Assembly (NCBI GenBank): GCA_964589695.1
Contig: CAZPUI010000001.1
Span: 29,866-93,865, forward strand
Source: an uncultured Solibacteraceae bacterium
GTDB taxonomy: Bacteria; Acidobacteriota; Holophagae; Holophagales; Holophagaceae
Length of the DNA: 64,000 nucleotides
Reading direction: 5' to 3'
Part shown: positions 35,434 to 43,914 of the stretch, piece by piece
Numbering within the stretch: position 1 is the first letter of the stretch
How the letters are laid out: every line of letters starts with the position of its first letter
Position numbers and translations under genes: made by a program
The notes under the pieces: generated by a model
The model's input: only the letters and a program-made list of their open reading frames with translations
The model's database searches: none
Told to the model about the DNA's origin: nothing

Positions 35434-36151
35434 CGAGGTGTCCGGCAAACCCTGGACTTGGTATGGCGTCGAGTAGATCCTCAAGGTCACTCAGCACATT
35501 TGCACCATAGTCCAACATCTTGGATGGCCAGGCGAGGGCTGGGTTATCGACGATCGACCGAAGTAGGAATAGTGGTCGACCAAGGCGGAGTGCTTCCCAG
35601 CCTTGTGAAAGCGAACCACTGGATTCTCCAGCTTCGACAATGACCGAGGCATGGCTTAGCAAGGCCATGGTGCGGTTTCTAAGTGGGAAATTGCCCTTGT
35701 AGGTTCGCGAACCAAGCGGGAATTGAGACACCACCAAATGCTCAACCGCCAGGCGAGCTTGTAGATTGCGATTTTCGGAAGGGTAGGCTTGGTCAAGAGG
35801 TGTCCCAAGCACGGCAATGGTTTTCCCGCCCGCCTCGAGTGCGGTTTTGTGGGCCTCTGTGTCAATGCCACTGGCCAAGCCAGAGACAATGGTCACGCCA
35901 CGCTCAACCAGCTCACGCGCCAGTCGTCGCGATCGGCGTAGGCCGTCATCCGAGGCTTTGCGGGCACCAATGACCGCCACCCGCGGAACCAACCCCATCC
36001 ATTCCGAGTGTCCTGAAAGGTAGAGTAGCTTCGGAGCATTGCGCTCTTCGACTTCGTTGAGTGGGCCCAAGAGCTGCATTGGCGTCATGGTCAGCACCGA
36101 CCCCCCTGCCAGCTCTCCCATGGAACCTCCGATCTCACTTTCAGGCCGCAC
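35420..36151 (-). CDS. DprA/Smf-like Rossmann-fold DNA-processing protein (short form; ShosA-like)
   Basis: The sequence is RVAVIGARKASDDG...GVTIVSGLASGIDTEAHKTALEAGGKTIAVLGTPLDQAYPSEN...VVSQFPLG...FPLRNRTMALLSHASVIVEAGESSGSL. This is the classical DNA_processg_A signature. Confidence 0.8.
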   Translation of the reverse strand: MRPESEIGGSMGELAGGSVLTMTPMQLLGPLNEVEERNAPKLLYLSGHSEWMGLVPRVAVIGARKASDDGLRRSRRLARELVERGVTIVSGLASGIDTEAHKTALEAGGKTIAVLGTPLDQAYPSENRNLQARLAVEHLVVSQFPLGSRTYKGNFPLRNRTMALLSHASVIVEAGESSGSLSQGWEALRLGRPLFLLRSIVDNPALAWPSKMLDYGANVLSDLEDLLDAIPSPGFAGHLDAVF

Positions 36152-36221
36152 CCCATTTTACGCCTTACTGTTCGAATCTGGGCTTGGAAGTAGTCATCTT
36201 GTGCCGTCTGATCCCGCCTTC

Positions 36222-36566
36222 TCAGCCCCGGGCGACCTTCCCCCGCGTCACCCCGGCGTCCATGACCATTTTCGCGAACGTCGCCAGCATGGCCACCGTT
36301 CCAAAACCGACGACAAGATTGGTCCCGATTCCGCCGGGACCGAATGCGCTCCCCAGGGAGTTCATCGCGCCAGTTGCCAGGCCTGCAGGACCTTGCCCGA
36401 GAGATCCCTGCACGCTCGCCGCCGGATCCTGGGCCAGCCCGCGGCTGGCATTGGCGGCGCCGTCCACCGTGGTCACGTTGGAATCGAGAACCGCCCCGCC
36501 CTTCCCGATCACATCCCCACCTGCTCCCTTGAGGGCCCCGAAGCTTAATGACATTCCTGAAGACAT
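36222..36566 (-). CDS. Gly-rich small protein with a C-terminal hydrophobic segment
   Basis: 114 aa. AGGAGGA lies 4 nt upstream of ATG 36566. No signal peptide. GALKGAGGDVIGKGGAV...GLATGAMNSLGSAFGPGGIGTNLVVGFGTVAMLATFAKMV is the same style as the 4712..6337 trio. Confidence 0.6.
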   Translation of the reverse strand: MSSGMSLSFGALKGAGGDVIGKGGAVLDSNVTTVDGAANASRGLAQDPAASVQGSLGQGPAGLATGAMNSLGSAFGPGGIGTNLVVGFGTVAMLATFAKMVMDAGVTRGKVARG

Positions 36567-36575
36567 GCCGTCCTC

Positions 36576-37790
36576 CTATTGCAGAAGCGGCCCGAGGGCC
36601 TTGGCCGGCGATGGCAGGTACTGGGCTTTGGCGGCGGCCAGGAACCCAAGATCCGTCATCACCGAGTGAAGTTTCGCCTTCGTGCACTCGTTGTCGGTGA
36701 TGTCGTCGATCCCCGGCATCAGGCTCCACCGGAGGCCATAGAGCTTCACCTGCACCCGCATGGGGCTGTGCACATCCGTTACATGCTTGAAGAGCGTTTC
36801 CCGAACCTCTTCCAGGTTCATGGGGGGGTTCAGGCCCATCAAGCGGTAGGCCATCACATCTTCGGCTTCGCTGAGCAGCCACAGGTGGGTGGTCGGGGCC
36901 GTGGGCCGCGGGAGGATCACATAGGTCGTCACGTCGGCAGAACTGCCATAGACGACGGTGGACCCATTCATCCACTTGTACTCGATACTGCGTGGGGTCC
37001 ACCGCTCGCGCAGCAGGTCCACCGACAGCAGCTGGGGATTGAAGACCACGAAACCGTTGGGCGGGGGTTCCAGGAGCTTCCCCACCCTGATGGGGAACGG
37101 GAAACCCAGGGCCGCGTAGACCGCAAAGGACGCCTCCGCCTCGGAGAGCTCTGCCGTCCTGAAGCGGTTACGCCGCTCAGGATCCTGGTCTGGAGCGAGG
37201 CGGGCAGCTGCATCGTCCTGGCCAATTGGGCCCTGATACTTCGCGGCGAGGACCTTCATAGCCTGGAGGATTTCACTCGGTCGGACGGGTTTCGGATCCT
37301 TCCAGGGCCAGATCTGGCGTGCCTCCTCATCGGTAAGCCCGGCGATCCTGGCCAGCCTTTCCCGCCTTCCAGGACCAATGGGACCGAAGGCGTCCTCCTC
37401 AATCAAAGCGTCTTCTCCAACGTCTTCCCGAGTTTCGGCCACATCGGCACTCATCCCGGTCCTGGCGTCCACCAGGTCAGTCCGGAACCCACCACCGAAC
37501 CTCGGATCCAACCGTTGAATTAGATTGCGGTTTCTAATGCTTCTTGCGCCCTCAGCAAGGATCTGTTTTTGGAAATGGTCCGCCTGAATTTCATGTTGGA
37601 TTTTAAGCTCTTCTTCGATTTGTCTACCAAGTGGTGGCGCATCATTTCCAACCCGCCGAGGAGCTTGGTCTAGTAGTATCCTTGTCGAGCCACTTGGGCG
37701 GTTCTGATTGTAGCTCTGGGAATAGCCATAACAACAATCAAAGATGCTAGAAACAACAAGAATTGCATACCCATTAATCAGTTTCCGCAT
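36576..37790 (-). CDS. Secreted hypothetical protein (404 aa) with a compositional breakpoint inside the gene
   Basis: The signal peptide is MRKLINGYAILVVSSIFDCCYG. The first ~100 codons (about 37500..37790) are AT-rich like the upstream gene. The rest is high-GC like the backbone. Confidence 0.6.
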   Translation of the reverse strand: MRKLINGYAILVVSSIFDCCYGYSQSYNQNRPSGSTRILLDQAPRRVGNDAPPLGRQIEEELKIQHEIQADHFQKQILAEGARSIRNRNLIQRLDPRFGGGFRTDLVDARTGMSADVAETREDVGEDALIEEDAFGPIGPGRRERLARIAGLTDEEARQIWPWKDPKPVRPSEILQAMKVLAAKYQGPIGQDDAAARLAPDQDPERRNRFRTAELSEAEASFAVYAALGFPFPIRVGKLLEPPPNGFVVFNPQLLSVDLLRERWTPRSIEYKWMNGSTVVYGSSADVTTYVILPRPTAPTTHLWLLSEAEDVMAYRLMGLNPPMNLEEVRETLFKHVTDVHSPMRVQVKLYGLRWSLMPGIDDITDNECTKAKLHSVMTDLGFLAAAKAQYLPSPAKALGPLLQ

Positions 37791-39451
37791 GGCTTTGCCT
37801 GATCATGTCCATTTTGGCAAACGAATCCCCTTCTTTGAATTTCCTTGCCAGATCCAATTGAAACGATTCTTTGTTTCCATTCGGTTAGATATGTATATCT
37901 ATATACAAGAGGATCGGAAAGATCATAATCATTTGCCAGATTTTTCACGCTCGCAGGTGGTGGGATGTTTGAAACGTTATACGATGCCCAGTTCAGGCAG
38001 TCACCGGGAGGAGTTCTTGATGTTCCCCATTCGATCGTGGCTCCTGGAATAGATTCAGGGTTTTGGGCTCCCTGTGGCCAAAGAAGTTTGGGGCCCCGTG
38101 GATCAGTGAACGAGGTGCCATATCTGGCATATTTATCATCAAAGGAGCTGTAAATCCATTCTAAAGTTCCATACCAATATTCTTTGACACCCTCTGAAAT
38201 CGTCTCTGTCCATTCTTTGTATATCACAGAAGCAGAACAACACTTACATTTCTGCTGTGGAGTCGTGCTACCACCAGAACCACCCGTTGTTTCGAAATCC
38301 TTTAAGAGACTATCTGGTTCCAGGTTCGTTAACGATGTCATTCCAGTCAACAAACCATCCAGGTTGGGTGGGGTAATATTCAAATCCCCTTCCTTGGTAA
38401 CTATAAGGTATGGAGAATTCACCGTCGTCCATGGTTTCGGACCTGTGTCTTTGAGTCGGGGTGGCAGGATTGGATTCCAATCCATAGTAACCATAGAATC
38501 ATCTGTTGTTCCCATTACAGGAACTGTATTTGTATACTCGATCCCCAATTCTTTTGCAGTTGGCTTTGATGCATCACTTGAACCTTTCTCCTTCTGCCAT
38601 GTTAAATCCTTTTCACCTAACATGCGATTTGCTTGAATTTCCTTTTCTTTTTCAAAATCTCGGCTGGAATCACGAACATATCCATCTTCAACAACTATTT
38701 CTCCATTTTCGTCGGAAGACTCAACCAGTCTTTCCACATCACTTTCAGTGGCGAAAGCTCGCGCGACACTCTCAGACCCACCAATTACTGTGATCCGGTA
38801 GTACTCACGCTCGCCAATGAGACTATCGTGCGCTTGCTTGCGACGCGCCATGTCAGCACGCCACTGAGCAATCTCCTCTTCTGTAAGAGGTTTTCCTGCC
38901 TTTTCAGCCTCAAGGACCTTCACTCTCTGTTGAAAATTCAATTTGAAAGTTTCTTCATCGAATTGTCTAATTATTTGGGCTGTTTCTTCGCCATATTCTT
39001 CACCCTTTTTCTTATAATAATCACCAACAGCCTCACCATCCGGTATTGTTGAACCAAAACCATTTCCTGCAGTGCCACCTTGCACCATCGCAATGGTCAA
39101 TTTTGTCAAATTTCCATTAATGTTTGCATCAAACAATTTTCGAAGCTCATTCACATCAAGAATCGGCATTGTGCTGGAAGAATAGTTTCCATCCTGTGCC
39201 TCTGGTTGGACAACTATTGGTTGCCCCTTCGTAACAGCATTCATTAAAGTCAGACTTCTGAATGACAATTGTGCTTGTCTTTGCGCTTCAAATGATAACG
39301 AATCGTAATCAGGATAATATGTATAAATGTCCCTTTTCCCATCGGCTGCGCTGATCACGGCCGTCCCGCGTGTTTCTCGCACCACCGTTTGTCCAAAACA
39401 TGGCACTAAGAACCCGATGCCACACGCTAAAATTGAAATTACTTTTAACAT
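37778..39451 (-). CDS. Secreted hypothetical protein (~557 aa) encoded in an AT-rich insert
   Basis: I chose start MLKVISILACGIGFLVPCFGQ at 39451, a signal peptide. The codon usage is AT-rich. The middle is Lys/Glu-rich and a Cys cluster (QQKCKCCSAS) is present. No domain recognised. Confidence 0.6.
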   Translation of the reverse strand: MLKVISILACGIGFLVPCFGQTVVRETRGTAVISAADGKRDIYTYYPDYDSLSFEAQRQAQLSFRSLTLMNAVTKGQPIVVQPEAQDGNYSSSTMPILDVNELRKLFDANINGNLTKLTIAMVQGGTAGNGFGSTIPDGEAVGDYYKKKGEEYGEETAQIIRQFDEETFKLNFQQRVKVLEAEKAGKPLTEEEIAQWRADMARRKQAHDSLIGEREYYRITVIGGSESVARAFATESDVERLVESSDENGEIVVEDGYVRDSSRDFEKEKEIQANRMLGEKDLTWQKEKGSSDASKPTAKELGIEYTNTVPVMGTTDDSMVTMDWNPILPPRLKDTGPKPWTTVNSPYLIVTKEGDLNITPPNLDGLLTGMTSLTNLEPDSLLKDFETTGGSGGSTTPQQKCKCCSASVIYKEWTETISEGVKEYWYGTLEWIYSSFDDKYARYGTSFTDPRGPKLLWPQGAQNPESIPGATIEWGTSRTPPGDCLNWASYNVSNIPPPASVKNLANDYDLSDPLVYRYTYLTEWKQRIVSIGSGKEIQRRGFVCQNGHDQAKPCGN

Positions 39452-39462
39452 GTTATCCCCCA

Positions 39463-40911
39463 TTAAGCCAATTGTGTTATCTGGAGTGGCGCTACGGACG
39501 AACCGTTTAAATCAAGTTCGAGTAATTCGTGCATATGTGCTGCACGCCCGACAGCCCGCAGCCTGCCGACGTGCGTGAAATGAGCCTCATGCCACCAATC
39601 GGGCATTTGCATTCCCTGATCCTTGAGCTCCAGTCCGAAAAAGGGGATCCCCACCATGGTGAGTTGTCGCTCAGGAACCTGAATCGTCTTGCCGCCCAGG
39701 AGGTCAACCTGGACTAATGCGTTGCGTGTCTTGAAGAGCGGATTCAAATGGTAGGTGTGGCCATCTGATCCCAGGACCTCGGTGATGCGCTCCACCCGCC
39801 TCCGGGGCCTTAGGGTGAAGGAACCATCAGGCAACACCATCCGCTCGTTGATGCGCTCCATCACGACGACCAGTCGAATGGATTCTCCGATGGCCAGGCG
39901 CAGGCTCTCTTCTCGCGAAGTCGGCCTGGCGGAACGCAGCATTGATTCCATGCGGGTCAGGGCCCCGAAATCGTCGTGGGCATGGAGGGTAGCCGCCCCG
40001 TAGTGACCACTCGCGATGGCTTCCATGAAAGCATCTGCTGCCGAGAGGCTCGGATCCGGCGAATCCCTTATCTCGCCGACGATGATCCAATCGGGAAGCG
40101 CCCGCAGAGCGCGCTTCAGAAGAGATTTCATGCTCTCGTCCCTGAAGTCCCCGCCACTCGCGATCATGGGCCGAGTGCGGAAACCGCGGTAGAGCGGGTG
40201 GACGATCTTCAGCTCCGGGGTGTCCTCGATCGTGATCGGGATCTCCCACTCGGGAATCTCCCCAGCCATGGCCTCCAACAGCGTGGTCTTCCCCGCCCCG
40301 GTTCCCGCAACCACCAGGAACGGACAGTGCGCCTGGATGGCCATCCGAAGCACATCCCAGGCCTCGGCCGTCAGTGAGCGGCAGGCGATGAAATCGTCCC
40401 GGCCCAACTTGACCGAGCTGAATCGCCGGATGTTAAAGGTGGTGGTGCTGTCCACCGTCAGCGGGGGGCACCACCCCTGGAGACGGCTTCCATCCTCCAG
40501 GTTGGCTTCCACTGCCACATCCCCGAGTGGATTGCCCGGTGACCACAATGGCCGCTGTTCGACACAGGTGTGGATCCGATTCAGTCCAGCCAGCAGGTCC
40601 GATTCGTCGGGACGACGGGCCCCGCAGGGCCAACCTGTCGGCACCGGCAGGTCAGGGTCGAAATTGAGGGACGTGAGGATCATCCCGGTGCTCGATTGCA
40701 CCCATACCGCCTTTGGCCCCTTCACGATGATTTCGGAGACCCCCTTCCGCCTCATGAGCGGCAGCAGCATCTTCCACGCGCTACACCAGAGGAACTGGGT
40801 CGCTCCCGGGCTCCATTTGCTGCGCTCGCTCTGCTCAATTATCCAAGGTATGTCAGGCCCTGGTTCGAATTCCCATGGTTCGAAGACCTGGAAGGTTGGA
40901 TCAATTGCCAT
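39463..40911 (-). CDS. virB11: VirB11/GspE-family T4SS traffic ATPase with a ~150-aa N-terminal extension
   Basis: Walker A is VVAGTGAGKTTLLEAM. The Asp box and Walker B read IPITIEDTPEL...WIIVGEIRD. The His box is GAATLHAHD. At 482 aa it is longer than the ~330-350 aa typical of VirB11. Confidence 0.85.
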   Translation of the reverse strand: MAIDPTFQVFEPWEFEPGPDIPWIIEQSERSKWSPGATQFLWCSAWKMLLPLMRRKGVSEIIVKGPKAVWVQSSTGMILTSLNFDPDLPVPTGWPCGARRPDESDLLAGLNRIHTCVEQRPLWSPGNPLGDVAVEANLEDGSRLQGWCPPLTVDSTTTFNIRRFSSVKLGRDDFIACRSLTAEAWDVLRMAIQAHCPFLVVAGTGAGKTTLLEAMAGEIPEWEIPITIEDTPELKIVHPLYRGFRTRPMIASGGDFRDESMKSLLKRALRALPDWIIVGEIRDSPDPSLSAADAFMEAIASGHYGAATLHAHDDFGALTRMESMLRSARPTSREESLRLAIGESIRLVVVMERINERMVLPDGSFTLRPRRRVERITEVLGSDGHTYHLNPLFKTRNALVQVDLLGGKTIQVPERQLTMVGIPFFGLELKDQGMQMPDWWHEAHFTHVGRLRAVGRAAHMHELLELDLNGSSVAPLQITQLA

Positions 40912-41344
40912 GTCTCCCCTCCACTACCACCCGAACCCGGTCTTTGGCGACGAGGGGCAGGCTCATGGCCTCCGGAAGCACGAGCGCACCCGTCACTGGA
41001 ACGGCAGGCAACACAAAGCCGCGTTCCCCTGTGGTTCCGCAGACCGCCTCCACCACCACATCCCCATCAAGCCAGGCCACATGGAGCTTCTGCCCCAAAG
41101 GGACGATCACGGGAGAGCGGCCTCGGAATGGAAAGGCGATGAGTGCCGGCTCGACGGGTCTCCCCCACCCCTCCACCCGCTCGAGGGCATCGCTCCTTAC
41201 TGCTGCCCAGACTGCGTATTTCCGCTCGAAGCAAAGGACCATGCCCCGGCCGCTCTCCATCCTCACGGCGCGGCTCTTCTGGGCCCCGCACGCCACCAGA
41301 AGCGCTGCAAGGGCCCCACCCAGGGACAGCCAACCTGTCCGCAT
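40901..41344 (-). CDS. Small lipoprotein (VirB7-like role possible; inference only)
   Basis: 147 aa. MRTGWLSLGGALAALLVACGAQ carries the lipobox LVAC. Its 3' end overlaps the virB11 start by 11 nt. Confidence 0.55.
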   Translation of the reverse strand: MRTGWLSLGGALAALLVACGAQKSRAVRMESGRGMVLCFERKYAVWAAVRSDALERVEGWGRPVEPALIAFPFRGRSPVIVPLGQKLHVAWLDGDVVVEAVCGTTGERGFVLPAVPVTGALVLPEAMSLPLVAKDRVRVVVEGRHGN

Positions 41345-41346
41345 GC

Positions 41347-42213
41347 TTACTTACCAGCTGGAACCGGCTGGGCTCCGGGGAGACCACCTCCGGCTAGCCC
41401 CTTGGACAGATCGATCGAAGTAAGGGTTCCGTCCTTCTTCGCCTGCTCAGCCTGGGCCTTCACCTGCTCCAGGAGCGGAACCGGGTTGGCCATGGCCTCC
41501 TCAAGGCTCCGCATCGTCGCGTCCAGGTTTGCGTTGGCTCGCACTTCCTCCTTCAACTGGTCGAGGTTGATCACCCCACCGTTGGCCTCCGACATCTGGA
41601 TCTCACGCTTCAGGAAGGGGTCCCGGTAGCTGAAGCCCACCCCGCCCTGTCGCTCCTTCTCGTTCTCCTGAAGCTGCTTCAGAAAGCCATCCCGAAGTGC
41701 AGCCGCTTGGTTCTTGAGGGCCGAGAGTGTCTGAACGCGCCTGGCACGTTCGTCCTCCTGGATTTCCGGCATGGCTGCAACCCTGGCGAGGAGCCTTTCC
41801 ATCTTCTGGCTCCACTCCTCCAGCACGATGGCATTGGCACTGATTGCCCGCTCCTCGCGGTAGTGGATAACGCGGAATGCTCGCTCGAGAGCCCGAACAT
41901 CCGCGGCCCTAGTCCAGAAGTAGACTCCCGTTGCGCCAAGGGCTATACCCGCACAAGCAATCAGCAGGGACTTCACTGCCAGGTTGGCCTTTCGAAGCCG
42001 GTTGTTCGCGAGGCTCAACTGCTCCTGCAGCGCCGAATTCACGCGCTTGAGCTCGCCCCGAGAGGCAGCGCCTCGCTCCTCTCGCCCGATCTCTCGGCAG
42101 GACCTGGCCTTCTCCGGGTTGGACTCACTATGCGTCTGAGACAGCCCAGGATCTGTTGAAGGTTCAACCCCGAGTCCAAGAAGGGCGTCCAGTGCTTGGG
42201 CATTCGCATTCAT
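41347..42213 (-). CDS. Membrane-anchored coiled-coil protein (288 aa)
   Basis: GGAGGCGGAG lies upstream of ATG 42213. There is one TM segment (LLIACAGIALGATGVYFW) and the remainder is rich in E/R/K/A/L/Q. No domain recognised. Confidence 0.6.
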   Translation of the reverse strand: MNANAQALDALLGLGVEPSTDPGLSQTHSESNPEKARSCREIGREERGAASRGELKRVNSALQEQLSLANNRLRKANLAVKSLLIACAGIALGATGVYFWTRAADVRALERAFRVIHYREERAISANAIVLEEWSQKMERLLARVAAMPEIQEDERARRVQTLSALKNQAAALRDGFLKQLQENEKERQGGVGFSYRDPFLKREIQMSEANGGVINLDQLKEEVRANANLDATMRSLEEAMANPVPLLEQVKAQAEQAKKDGTLTSIDLSKGLAGGGLPGAQPVPAGK

Positions 42214-42241
42214 CTCCGCCTCCGACCCCAGGATCGGGGCG

Positions 42242-42254
42242 GCGGATTTTCCGG
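42242..42254 (-). promoter_or_regulatory. Element-wide upstream motif, copy 8 (sense CCGGAAAATCCGC)
   Basis: 29 nt upstream of ATG 42213, which heads the virB11-containing gene string. Confidence 0.65.
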
Positions 42255-42267
42255 GATAAAGGCGTCT

Positions 42268-43089
42268 TCAGATGCTTACGCCGAATTCCGGCACTGCACC
42301 GTGGGCCCACCAGGTGGCGAAGGCCTGGCCATCGTCATGAACCAAGTCAAGACACTGCGCAATCGCGCAAATCTGTTCGTGAATGGGATTCGCGTGATCC
42401 ATCTTCAGTGGAAGTTCGATGACCTTCGGCAGTTTGAAGAACTCCATGGACATCTGAAGTCCATAAGCACCCAGGAGAAGGCCAATAGCGGACTCTACAT
42501 CGGGACCCACCAATGACCGACAGACCACTAGGTTGGCTCGGGTCTCGTCAATGAACTCGATGCGTCCGAGCAGCGGAATATCCTCGGGCCAGGCAGCCAG
42601 ACCAAAAAGCCTCCCAAGAACCGCTGACGGGAAAGTCGGTTCGGAGAGATCCATCCGAGCCCTGATTGCGCGAGCTTCGACCGCTCCAGGGAAGCTCTTT
42701 GCAAACGACCAGAACGGAGTCACTTGGGATGCTAGCTCCTGCTGGGTGCGCAGCAATTCCTTCTGATCGATTGACCAACGCAGTTGGCATGCAGCATCTG
42801 CTACCGCAGCCCTGGCAAACGGCCCCGAACAGCCAATTCGCTCCAGCAGCGAGGCCGAGAGCTCTTTGCCAAGTACCTCCACCAAAACCTTCAGGGCAGA
42901 GATATTGGTACCCGTCAGCACAGACATCCGGCTAGTTGAATACCCTAGACCCTGAACGTGGGCAATCAACTTCATGCCCCGACTCAGGAACCTTGGATCG
43001 GAGGCGGATTGAAGGAACGTCTCGCCAACACCAGCCGATCCAACTTGGTCAGCGAGTTCCCAGAGAGTCCTGAGGTTACGTAGCAACAC
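42268..43089 (-). CDS. Hypothetical protein (273 aa)
   Basis: ORF with protein-like composition. No domain recognised. Confidence 0.5.
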   Translation of the reverse strand: MLLRNLRTLWELADQVGSAGVGETFLQSASDPRFLSRGMKLIAHVQGLGYSTSRMSVLTGTNISALKVLVEVLGKELSASLLERIGCSGPFARAAVADAACQLRWSIDQKELLRTQQELASQVTPFWSFAKSFPGAVEARAIRARMDLSEPTFPSAVLGRLFGLAAWPEDIPLLGRIEFIDETRANLVVCRSLVGPDVESAIGLLLGAYGLQMSMEFFKLPKVIELPLKMDHANPIHEQICAIAQCLDLVHDDGQAFATWWAHGAVPEFGVSI

Positions 43090-43134
43090 GATGCATTATT
43101 GCGCAGGGTGGGAATTTTCGGCCCAACGAAAAAT

Positions 43135-43914
43135 TCAGGTTGCGACTTTTCGAACCTTTTCGAAACGGAAATCCTCCGGCGAGTAGAGTTCGCCACTCTT
43201 TGCACCGAGGAGATGCAGGCCGTGGAAATACATGGCCTGCGCAAAACCGAGTTTCGTGATTGTTCGGTGCCCAGCGTCCTTGTCTAGAACGACGCATGGC
43301 TCGCAAAGTTGGTGGCGCGGCGCCAGGGTCCAGATTCCGCCCAGGGCTTGTGGATCCAGGGAAAGGGACCATTCCTGCGAATCCCAGTTGCTCCCCGTGA
43401 GAACCACCGAGACAGGTTCCCCCACCACTTCGCCGCTCAGACCCGAGCGAACGGACTGAAGCACCTTCCACCAGGTGGAGAGTCGCACCTTGTACTTCGT
43501 TGCTGGTTCGGTGATGCCATTCATCATGCGCCCGAGGTCGCTCCATAAAAGCGTTGGCGAAGAACCACCGTAAAGGTTCGAGAAGATGGCGAAAGGAATC
43601 ACGCTTGGGAACAGGCTGAATAAGGCTTCGGCATCCGTTGGGGGTCTGTCCTCAAGGGTTTTCCCCGCAGGGTCCCTTCGTCCAAAGGAATCCCAGGGAA
43701 ACCCGCACTCGACCGCAAACGTTACCAGCTGGTCGTTGTCGAGCAGGAAGCCGTCTTCCGGATTCGGTCTTCGCACCCCAAGCTGGGTCTTTGCCCCTGC
43801 AGCTAGGCTTATGCCGCGCAGCTTCGACCCGTGGTTTGTGGATTGCGGAGATGGCGCCTTACCCAGGCCCTCAGGTCTTCCGGTATCTTCCTCGTCCTCA
43901 GGCCATTGAGGCAT
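43135..43914 (-). CDS. Hypothetical protein (~260 aa)
   Basis: I chose start MPQWPEDEED... at 43914, a 17-nt overlap with the upstream gene. No domain recognised. Confidence 0.45.
   Translation of the reverse strand: MPQWPEDEEDTGRPEGLGKAPSPQSTNHGSKLRGISLAAGAKTQLGVRRPNPEDGFLLDNDQLVTFAVECGFPWDSFGRRDPAGKTLEDRPPTDAEALFSLFPSVIPFAIFSNLYGGSSPTLLWSDLGRMMNGITEPATKYKVRLSTWWKVLQSVRSGLSGEVVGEPVSVVLTGSNWDSQEWSLSLDPQALGGIWTLAPRHQLCEPCVVLDKDAGHRTITKLGFAQAMYFHGLHLLGAKSGELYSPEDFRFEKVRKVAT

Noticed and set aside
34783-36151. Calling the DprA-like/PRTase pair straightforward housekeeping competence genes dprA/comFC.
   Set aside because: The PRTase lacks the ComFC zinc finger, the DprA-like protein is a minimal single-domain form, and the genes overlap as a cassette on a mobile element. 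I kept both the ShosTA-like and the ssDNA-handling readings as hypotheses in the findings.
43110-43122. A degenerate motif-like sequence (sense GCCGAAAATTCCC) about 21 nt upstream of ATG 43089. A similar GCAAAATTCGC lies near 47805.
   Set aside because: Only about 10 of 13 positions match, and the invariant TCCGC half is broken. Too weak to count as a copy without a statistical scan.
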